Origin: Octopus vulgaris
Taxonomy: Eukaryota
Direction: 5' to 3'
Assembly: GCA_951406725.2 (NCBI GenBank)
Contig: OX597821.1
Location: 46,128,001-46,192,000, forward strand
DNA length: 64,000 nucleotides
The stretch's first letter is position 1. Each line of letters opens with the position of its first letter. The position numbers and the translations under genes were made by a program. Positions 53,548 to 64,000 of the stretch are shown piece after piece. The notes below the pieces were generated by a model. It made no database searches and was not told the origin of the DNA. It worked only from the letters and a program-made list of their open reading frames with translations.

Positions 53548-53695
53548 AATAATAATAATAATAATAATGATGATGATTATTATAATAATAATATTAATAA
53601 TAATAATAATAATAATATATTCTTTTATATATATGTATATATGTATATATGTATATATGTATATATGTACATATATATATATCTACATATATATA

Positions 53696-53738
<43 letters not shown>

Positions 53739-53886
53739 AACATAGAGATAAAAGGAAACAGATCGATAGATCGATAACTTGATAGATAGATAGATAGATA
53801 GATAGATACATACATACATACATACATACATACATACATACATACATACATACATACATACATACAGATATGTGTGTGTATTTATA

Positions 53887-54260
53887 GGCGCAGGCGAGGC
53901 TGTGTGGCAAGAAGTCGGCTTCCCAACCCCATGGTTCCGAATCCGGTCCCGCTGCGTGGAATCTTCAACAAGTGTCTCCTACGATATCCTCGGGTTGGCT
54001 AATGCCTTGTGAGTGGATTTTGTAGTTTGGTAGACGGTAGTAGTCTTTGTGTCTGTGTTTGTCCCCCCACCCCACCCGCCCATCACAAGCTTGACAACAG
54101 GTGTTGGTGTGTTTATGTCCCCGTAATTTAGTGGTTTGGCAAAAGAGACCTGATAAAATTAGGCTTTAAAAATCTAATCTCCTGGGATCGATTTGTTCAA
54201 CGAAAACCAGTCAAGGCGGTGCTCCAGAATGGCCGCAGTCAAATGACTGAAACAAGTAAC
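53887..54260 (+). mobile_element. Diverged SINE family A
   Basis: Head, body and tail recognisable. Confidence 0.85.
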
Positions 54261-54352
54261 AGAATATATAGAAGATTTCTCTTGAATGAAACAGTTCTAG
54301 TCCTGTAGAAGCTCCTTCTATATAATAAATTATATAATATATATATATATAA

Positions 54353-54456
<104 letters not shown>

Positions 54457-54487
54457 ATATATACATTTATGTATATAAATATATATA

Positions 54488-54525
<38 letters not shown>

Positions 54526-54612
54526 CCTGCCACTTATGTTATTTGAACAAACAATATTGTGACCAGTATAGCAACATCTGATACACATACATATATACAT
54601 TTATGTATATAA

Positions 54613-54719
<107 letters not shown>

Positions 54720-54770
54720 TATATACGTACATATACATACATACATACATACATATATACATACATACAT

Positions 54771-54819
<49 letters not shown>

Positions 54820-54954
54820 TTATATATATATATATATATATGATTTATAAAAACATGTGACATATTAATAAAAATCTGTAAATGTACAACCATCCAGACT
54901 TCTGAGTACCTTATTTTTTTCCCAATATGTTTATATATATATATATGTATATTC

Positions 54955-55113
54955 GACGGAGTTCTTTTAGTTTCCGTCAACCGTATCCACCCATAAAGGC
55001 TTTAGTTGACCCGAGACAATAGAGCAGAAGACACTTGCCCAAGGTATCACACAGTAGGATTGAACCCAGAACCATGGGGTTGGGAGGTAAGTTCCTTACC
55101 AAAGGCCACGCCT
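54955..55113 (-). mobile_element. SINE family A, 5' half
   Basis: GAAGACACTTGCCCAAGG...GAACCCAGAACCATG. Confidence 0.8.
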
Positions 55114-55437
55114 GCATATCTGCGAATATAATATAAATTCAGGCGGTGCTCCAGCACAGCCAGACTGACAGAAGTAAAAGATTAGAAGAATAAATAAATA
55201 AATAAATAAATCACTTTATTTGTATGCATATGTTTGTGTATAAATGTGTATAAATATATATGATCATAAAACAAAATCAAATCCATAAACTTATCGACGT
55301 GAGCCTCTGCATACATACATTTATGTATATATATACATATGTATACATGTATATATATATATATTTGTATATATGTATACATATACATACATACATAGAT
55401 ACATACATGCATACATACATACACACACACATACATA

Positions 55438-55530
<93 letters not shown>

Positions 55531-55568
55531 GTATATATCTATTGTGTGAGTGTGTGTGTTTTTGTGTA

Positions 55569-55601
<33 letters not shown>

Positions 55602-55632
55602 GGATATGTATATATATATGTATACATGTTTA

Positions 55633-55670
<38 letters not shown>

Positions 55671-55691
55671 TAGATAGATAGATAGATAGAT

Positions 55692-56247
55692 AGTTGATCA
55701 CAGAACTTGAGGCGATCCAACGAAGCTACACGAAGAAGATAGCCTCTATGCAGAATGTAAGCTACTGGGAAAGACTCAAGAGATTAAAATTATATTCCCT
55801 GGAGCGTAGGCGGGAAAGATATGCCATAATATACATCTGGAAGATCCTGGAGGGAAGTGTCCTGAACTTTGGCATCGAGAGTTACGCAAATGCCAGAACT
55901 GGGCGCCACTGCGTGGTGCCTAGGACTCCAAACCTGCCATCAAGATGTAGGACAAGATTCTGTGATAGCCTGGGCTTCCGAGGCCCACAGCTCTTCAATA
56001 TCCTCCCGAAGAACCTGAGAGACCTGCATGGGGTGGATACAGATGTCTTTAAAATGAAGCTGGATCTCTTCCTGTCAGGTGTCCCAGATGAACCAACTTC
56101 ACGGCAGGAGGGGCAGATGAGGGCAGCTGCATCGAACTCTCTCATGCACCAAATAGCAGTTGCTAAAAAGCCTCCATGAAGTGAAACCAAGTAGCAACAC
56201 CAAATGGCGGTGCCCCAGCATGGCCACAGCTCATAAGCTGAAACTAG

Positions 56248-56288
<41 letters not shown>
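55692..56288 (+). mobile_element. 5'-truncated CR1/L2-group LINE with (ATCA)n tail
   Basis: ORF 55694-56179 nearly identical to the 24794-25722 copy. Confidence 0.92.
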
Positions 56289-56289
<1 letters not shown>

Positions 56290-56294
56290 ATATA

Positions 56295-56482
56295 TACTTT
56301 ATTTAAAAGCAGCAGAAATTCAACAAAACTTGTTACTCTGAGTTTCACGTTGCCGTTCAACGTGAAACTCAGAGTAACAGGTTTTGTTGAATTTCTGCTG
56401 CTTTTAAATAAAGCATATTACTCTACCCCTGGTATTTGAGTACTCTTTTTTCCACTTTGTTTCACATCTATATGTTTACTCC

Positions 56483-56485
<3 letters not shown>
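56295..56485. mobile_element. Foldback element (arms about 58 bp) related to 23845-24048
   Basis: Near-perfect hairpin 56295-56416 followed by TATTACTCTACC..GGTAT..GAGT.CT.TTTTTCCAC, shared with 24000-24040. Confidence 0.75.
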
Positions 56486-56538
<53 letters not shown>

Positions 56539-56887
56539 TATAGACATAAACATACACACCCACCCATATATATATACATATCAATATCTGCATATATATA
56601 TATATACACACACAAATATATATACACATATACACATACGCATAAGCGCTTGTAAACGATTTGCTTTTCTACAGACTGTCAAAACATCAACTCCCTTCCT
56701 TATCTTCTTTAGTGGAGTTGCTGGTTGCTGGTTGTAGTCCCTGATGGCCCCCACAAGGGGCGCATAAATTGACATGGTTACTAGTAGCACCTCCATGATT
56801 GTCAGATCTCAGACGTAGGAAACCGGATGATCTCGATAGAGTCAACCGCTTTGCAATTGTGTGTGCGTGTGTGTATAAATATACAGA

Positions 56888-57225
56888 GCGCGCCTATGTG
56901 GTAAGAAGCTTGCTTTCCCGGTCACATGGTTCCAAGTTCAGTTCCACTGTGCGGCACGTCGGGCAAGTGTCTTCTACCACAGCCTAGATATGTATATATC
57001 TAGTATTAGTCTCTGTGACTGTGTTTGTCTCTCACCATCGCTTGAAAACCGGTGTTAGTGTGCGTTTACTTCTACGTCCCCATAAGCTAGCGGTTCGGCA
57101 AAACGAGTCCGATATAATAAATACTAGGCTTTAAAAACGTCCTGTGTTTGATTTGTCCGACAATAAACTTTCAAGGCGGTGCCCCAGCATGGCCGCAGTC
57201 AAATGACTGGAACCAGTATAAGATA
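56888..57225 (+). mobile_element. Diverged SINE family A
   Basis: Head, body and tail GGCGGTGCCCCAGCATGGCCGCAGTCAAATGACTG. Confidence 0.82.
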
Positions 57226-57256
57226 AAAAATAAAACATATGTAAGATATCACGTCT

Positions 57257-57519
57257 ATCACGTGACCGACCAGACCACCAGATGTTGTTACACATCGCTG
57301 GTCACAATGCGTTCGCATTGTTTTAGCCTTCGAATGACGCCACCCCGCTGGCTAAGCGAGCAGGCCAATTAGAAGAAAGAGTACAGCAGGGATCACCACC
57401 CCCTACCGGAGCCTCGTGGAGCTTTTTTAGGTGTTTTCGCTCCATAAACACTCACAACGCCCGGTTTGGGAATCGAAACCGCGAGTCCGCTGCCCTAACC
57501 ACTGGGCCATTGCGCCTCC
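57257..57519 (-). mobile_element. SINE family C, tail type 3
   Basis: Family C head joined to the module also found alone at 20187-20297. Confidence 0.85.
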
Positions 57520-57635
57520 ACACATATGTAAATATATATATATATATATATATAATATAAATAAGAAAGAAAGATAGACAGATAGATAGGTAGATAGATA
57601 GGTAGATAGATAGATAGATAGATAGACAGATAGAG

Positions 57636-57689
<54 letters not shown>

Positions 57690-57694
57690 GTAGA

Positions 57695-57790
57695 TATGTT
57701 TCTTTATTAGCCACACAGGGCTGCACACAGAAGGGACAGATTACAAAGTAGAGCTTTTCTTTTTTTTGAAGAAAAAAAAAAAAGGTGGGG
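57695..57790 (-). mobile_element. Short 3' end of the LINE-like element seen at 3915-4243
   Basis: AAAAGCTCTACTTTGTAATCTGTCCCTTCTGTGTGCAGCCCTGTGTGGCTAATAAAGAAACATA. Confidence 0.7.
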
Positions 57791-58290
57791 TAGGTTAAAG
57801 AATTATACGTATATAATGTATATACCACTAAATTTAGGATAAGTATATTTTCTTTTGAAATGTACCATGAATATAGTTTGAAGCCTTCTCATATTTTTGG
57901 TAGATTTTCTTTTCAACTTTTTTGTTTCTTGTTAACGGCTTTAAAAGTTTAAACTGTAGAGGGTAGCACTCGTGTCCCATGGAATATGATTCGTAGAATT
58001 TCTGATGTTCCTTTTCCCAATGGCTTCTTATAACCATTATCAATCAGTGCACATCTAATTACGTTTTGCGGCACTGAAAAACAGCCACTTCCATATAGTT
58101 TCCTTACTTTAGCGACCTCACGAGAGGTATTCTATGGGATGAAGCAGATATGGTTCTCCGATCAACCATGCGTGAAGACCTGACGATATCCTTAAGAAGT
58201 GAAATCCAGGGTTTGCTGCAGTGTTGTATATCATCATCATTGGGTCCTATGATCATACATAGTCATACTGGATTGCGAGTCGAAAGCCGT

Positions 58291-58738
58291 CATACATACA
58301 TACATACTTACATACATACATACATACGTACATACATACATACATACATACAAACATACATACATATATACAAACAAACATACATACATACATACATACA
58401 AACATACATACATACTTACATACATACATACATACATACGTACATACATACACACATACATACATACACACATCATGCATACATACAAACATACATACAT
58501 ATATACATACATACATACAAACATACATACATGCATACATACACATATACATACATACATACATACATACATACATACAAACATACATACATGCATACAA
58601 ACATACATACATACATACACACACATATATACATACAAACATACATACATACACACATACATACATATATACATACATACATACATGCATACATACATAC
58701 ATACACACATACATTCATACATACATACATACATACAA
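58291..58738. repeat. Imperfect (CATA)n microsatellite
   Basis: Direct observation. Confidence 0.95.
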
Positions 58739-59156
58739 ATAGATATACACTATGTATATATATATATATATATGTAAATTCATAAAAATACATATATGTG
58801 TGTAGTGTGTGCGTATTGTGTATAAATAGAGTTGTCAATATATTGCCAAATGTTGCCAAATTTAGGAAATGTGTCATTGACAAAATAGAAACTTTTGAAA
58901 CAAGTGTTTTATTGTTAATTAATGATTCCCCAATTCAGTTGATGTCCGTTCGGTTGTTTGACTATTACACTGTATGTGCGTCAGCATAGTCACAATTCAA
59001 TGAAATAGTTACGACCCAATGACTGAAACAAGTTAAAAAGTAAAAGAATATACACCCATGCGTAGAAGTTAGTTTCCCCAATCACATCTTAAGCAAGTGC
59101 CTTCTACTATAAGCCTTGTGAGTGCATTTGGTAACTGGAGACTGATAGAAGCCTGT

Positions 59157-59259
<103 letters not shown>

Positions 59260-59376
59260 GTATACACTGACACACACAAATGTATATATATATATATATA
59301 TAGGGAGAGTTTACGAAAAAAACAAAGGACGAAGACAGGTGGTGTACAAAACAAACATATGTATTAGTATAACGTA

Positions 59377-59451
<75 letters not shown>

Positions 59452-60094
59452 ATCTATCTATATATATATGTTTAAATGCGTGTGTGTGTTCCCTATCACC
59501 GCTTGAGAAGCAGGCCGGGAAAAGAAACCGACAGAATAATTACCATGCTTTAAATAAGAAAAGAAAAGTACTGGAGCCGATTCGTCCCACTAAGATTCGT
59601 CAGGGCGGTGCCCCAGCACGACTTCAGTCCAATGATCGAAACAAATAAAAGAATACACACACACACACACACACACATAAAATTATAACAAAGGTGTTGA
59701 ATGATTACAACACCATTCTGGTGAAGTAATAATCTAAGTGGCTCCTAGACCATTTGGGGTCTATTTCTAGCAGACTGGAGTTATAATCATTCAGCACCCT
59801 TATTACAATTTTAATATAAATTAACACTTATGGTACTTTTAGTATGCTGGCTGGCCACTGAAAGATCATTACAAAAATGGCTTTATACTAATTACGCATA
59901 AATATTGTGACCATGCTGGAGAACCACCTTTAGTTGAACAAATCGACCCCAGGAATTATTCTTTGTAAGCCTAGTACTTATTCTATCGGTTCTCTTACCA
60001 AACCGCTAAGTTACGGGGCCGTAAACATACCAGCATCGGTTGTCAACCGATGGTAATGTAGGGCAAACACAGAAACAGATACACACACACACAC

Positions 60095-60298
60095 GTGACC
60101 GCGTACGTAACGTTGGCGATTTTTTTCCCCTCCGTCTTCTCTTCTCTGGATCTTTCCTTTTCCTATGTTTCTGACGAAGAGCTCCGCTCGAAACGTAAAA
60201 CCCTCCTTCTTCCCTTCCTTCCTGAGCGTCCGATAATACTATACTTGTTCCACGTCCTCGCATTGTTGTGTTTTCTCTTTGTGTTTTCATGTTTGGAT

Positions 60299-60303
<5 letters not shown>
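60095..60303 (+). mobile_element. Penelope-like pseudo-LTR solo element
   Basis: Homologous to 13844-14050; bounded by (CA)n and (TA)n. Confidence 0.7.
60167..60201 (+). ncRNA. Minimal type-I hammerhead ribozyme motif
   Basis: gttt-CTGACGA-a-gagc[tcc]gctc-GAA-acgT-A-aaac. Confidence 0.8.
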
Positions 60304-60348
<45 letters not shown>

Positions 60349-60504
60349 ACGGGCCTCTTTCAGTTTCCGTCTACCATATCCATTTACAAGTCTTGGGTCG
60401 GCCTGAGGCTATAGTAGAAGACACTTGCCCAAGGTGCCGCGCGGAGGGACCAAACCTGGAACCATGTGGTTGGTAAGCAAGTTGCTTACCACACAGCCAC
60501 TCCA

Positions 60505-60910
60505 GGTGCGGGCGTGGATGTGTGGTGAGAATCTTGCTTCCTAATCTCATGGTTCCGGGTTCAATTCCACTGCGTGACACCTTGGGCAATAGTCTTCTAC
60601 TATAGCCTCGGGCCGACCAAAGACTTGTGAATGGATTTGGTAGACGGAAACTGAAAGAATCCCGTCGTATATATATATATTTATACTTTTCTATATTTAA
60701 GTGCATCTTTGTGTCTGTATTTGTCCTCCTACCACCCCTTGACAACCGAATCTGGTGTGTTTACGTCCCTGTAACTTGGCGATTCGACAAAAGAAACCGA
60801 TAAAATAAATACTAGGCTTACAAAGAATAAGTCCTATGGTCGATTTCTTCGACTAAAACCCATAAGGCGGTGCTCCAGCATGGCTTCAGTCAAATGAGTA
60901 AAAGAATAAA
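60505..60910 (+). mobile_element. SINE family A, head-to-head with the preceding copy
   Basis: Colinear with the other family A copies. Confidence 0.88.
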
Positions 60911-60930
60911 AGAAATAATATATATATATC

Positions 60931-60961
<31 letters not shown>

Positions 60962-61556
60962 ACACACATACACACACATGCACATATATACATAAATATT
61001 ATGTGCATGTCTATGTACGTCTGTGTGTGTGTACATATGCGTATGTTTGTGTACGTATTCGTGCATGTATATATGCGTGTGTGTGATGTCGCTACATGTA
61101 CAAACATAATATTAATAAGCTTCAAGCTCCACGTTAACTTCTTTTGATTTAGACTCTAAATTTAGACAAACTTACAAGTGTGTGTGTTTGCGTCTGTGCA
61201 TATATGTATATATATTTATGTGTGTGTGTTCATGCATACATATAGACAGACAGACAGACAGATGGATTGATAAATGGATAGATACGTATGTATATGTGTG
61301 TGTATGCGTATGAATAGTGGAAATGGTGTAGAATTACAGATTCTAAAAGAGGTAACTGGAGTGATATATGTGTTAGAGGTGTGTGCTGGGGAGAGAAAGA
61401 GGGAAATAAGAAGTAAAGTTGATTGGTGGAGGGACGATAGTAAACATTATAAGTAGAGTCCCCCTTATCTATTGTTGCCTGAGAGAAAAGATTATAATGT
61501 ATTGTCTCAAAGACATGTTAGAGGATGAAGGGAAATGACAAAGAGGAGGAGGGGAA

Positions 61557-61609
<53 letters not shown>

Positions 61610-62288
61610 GGATCAAGGCGGTCAGAGAGAAATAGAAGATGTAGAACAGGTGGAAAGTTAACAACGAAATAACGGATTAAGAGAGAGAGAGAAGCCACAA
61701 TGTTTAGTTAGACAAGAGCCGAAACATGTCGTTAGAAGTTACAACAACCGTTAGTTAGCAAGAACTAGAACAAGAAGAAAGCTGAACAGGAGGCGAAAAA
61801 TTATACGAGAAAGATGAAGGAGAAGAATCAATGTGTGAGGAAGGAAGTCGAGTTTAGGCAGAAGTGGCGGCAGAAGTAGACAAAGTGTCAGAGAGACACA
61901 CGAGTAGAGAGGAGTAGTAGTGGGAGCTAATAAGAGAATGAGGTTTGAGATGGTGATAGTGTGAGGAGGTGTAACTACGTTTTCGGCGCTGTGGAGGAGA
62001 GAGGGTGGGGTGGGGGGCGGGAGAAAAGAAAGCTAGGGTGAGTAAGAGTGAGAGCGTGAGAGAGAAGGGAAACTTATGTGGTGGTGGTCAAGACGGATAT
62101 GAATTACTTAATTTTTCTATTATCGGCCGTTATGTTTTGTTTTGTTGTTCATTTGTCTTCACCTTGAGTAGTTTCTCTTGAAGAACCAAGACCACCACCA
62201 CTAAAATCTAGAGTTACGGCGAGGGGGAGGTGGGGTCGCAGACACACTCACATACACGTGCATGCATACATTTCTCTCTGTTACATAT

Positions 62289-62361
<73 letters not shown>

Positions 62362-63039
62362 ATATTTACGTATGTATGTATGATTAATCTATGTCACGAG
62401 CCGAAGTTTTAGTTACGATCGTTCTTCAAATGTTAATGAGTATATCTTGATGCTTATCGTTTATATTTCTGTATGCATACAACAGTAAGCGATTATATAT
62501 GTATGTGTTTGTGTGTGTGTGTGTTATTCAGATGTAAAGGAAACTAGCGCCAACCTGTTTTGTTTGAGTAATATATTTCATTAAACTGGAAACGACTTAC
62601 ACTTATAGGGAAAGGCGAGTTGGCTGTTTTGAAGATAGCAATAGAGGTATGAGTTATGCCGATGAAAGCGATAACTATGATGATTAATAATAATAATAAC
62701 ATTAGCAAGAAACAACGATGCGTTGTTTTTGTTTATTCCCAAGTCAGCATAGTTCAAGCAGACCAATGATCAAAGTCATTGCAGCTACAACCAGCCGATC
62801 GTTTTCATGGGTATATAGGACACTTATATTAGTTAATATGTCCTTAAAGTTTGATATGAGGAAGATTTGGTTACTACTTCTAGCAAGTAATGTCGCTGGA
62901 TAGAGGTCTCCTCATTACTCATGCAGGCAATGGTACTGTAGCAAAGGAAAGAGACATCGATGGAGGAAAAAAACTAAATAATCAACAAAGTATTGTATGA
63001 AAAACAAACTGATTAGTAACCATAAAAATAATGTGTAAA

Positions 63040-63466
63040 TGAGTCGGAGGCGCGCGCGTAGGTGTCGGATAAGACCAACCATGACAAGCGAGTCTGCTAC
63101 TAAAAGAGAGAGAAGTGAACAACGAAAGGGAGAGAGGTGGAGAGGAGAAGAGGGTGGAGGGATTCCTAGATTGACCAATGAGAAAGCAGCATGAGGGTCC
63201 CTGTATTAACTGTGTGTCTCAGTACAAGCTTTTCATTGGTCGGTTCCGTGTTTTGTACTATAAATAACCAGTTCTCATCAATAAAAGCCTTCAAAATGAC
63301 AGGTCATGTGACCAGCTTCAATTAATCCCAGTCAGTGAGTCCTCTTGTCTTGTTCGACGCCGATTTTTATATTGTCGACCATTTACATACAATATTAAAC
63401 CTCGTGGATACCAAACTGTATCAAAGATTCACAGCGAGATACTATTTTCCTTTTAGATCGGTAAGT
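63040..63466. promoter_or_regulatory. Promoter-like island (CCAAT boxes, TATA, E-box palindrome, Inr-like motif, splice donor)
   Basis: GCGCGCGC at about 63050, GACCAATGA at about 63173, inverted CCAAT at about 63235, TATAAATA at about 63259, GGTCATGTGACC at 63302, TCAGT at about 63333, G|GTAAGT at 63460; few recognisable TEs nearby. Confidence 0.45.
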
Positions 63467-64000
63467 GTTCCGTTGATCACAATATATATTTATTTACACA
63501 GCAACTTCTCTCTCTCTCTCTCCCTCACATGTCTTTTATGATTCACTCCACCTCATACTCTCTCACTCACTTTGTTGATTAAATGTAAATACATAACGTA
63601 TTTATTATATTAGCAGCCTATGCTTAATAATGAAATATTTTAAAGATTTAAATGATTGCTGATTTCACGTTTTTTTATTTTTCTGTTTTGTAAACCAAGT
63701 ATAATATAATAATGTATCTGTCACAAATGTTTCGATTATATGATAAAATGCAATGTTTCTAACGGTAATGTTTAAAAAAAAATATTAATTTTCTCGTTGG
63801 TTATATAAACTCCAATAACAAACAAGGAATAATTTAATTGTCCATGTGTAGTAGTAATAATAAATATTGTCTGATCCTAATATTTTGTGCTGAGGTTTGT
63901 CGTTAGTGCATGTCTGTGTTTGTGTCTACCCCCCTCCCCCTCTCTGGCTAGCATTCCCTCCTTCTCTCTCACGTCAACTACTGCCACCACTACCCTCGCC

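Larger units (their letters stand above)
59905..60503 (-). mobile_element. SINE family A with a hammerhead element nested in its internal microsatellite
   Basis: 3' half at 59905-60080, 5' half at 60345-60503. Confidence 0.88.

Noticed and set aside
57830-58290. Possible transposase or exon fragment
   Set aside because: Only vague similarity, with stops in all frames and no diagnostic motif.

Overview
Eukaryotic, AT-rich, microsatellite-saturated intronic/intergenic DNA. The repeat repertoire resembles a coleoid cephalopod, probably Octopus; this is my inference from tRNA-derived SINE families resembling OR/OK SINEs and was not checked against a database. No intact protein-coding gene is evident, and almost all ORF-track entries are microsatellite or SINE artefacts. 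The window is a nested mosaic of mobile elements: three tRNA-derived SINE groups (called A, B and C here), non-autonomous Helitrons, and remnants of CR1/L2-group, RTE and R4/Dong LINEs, Ty3/Gypsy and probable BEL/Pao elements, mariner/Tc1, pogo-like and hAT elements. Main observations: (1) several unrelated small elements sit in (TA)n or (CA)n tracts and carry minimal type-I hammerhead ribozyme motifs, often within inverted repeats (Penelope-like or retrozyme-like); (2) two SINE groups share covarying 3' hairpins with LINE-type tails in the same window; (3) a fixed-5'-end element that inserts only into (TAA)n lies next to a Dong-type endonuclease remnant; (4) SINE tails are shuffled or multimerised; (5) there are weak candidate exons and a promoter-like island near 63.2 kb. 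Coordinates were read by eye and may be off by a few bases, more so for degenerate elements.
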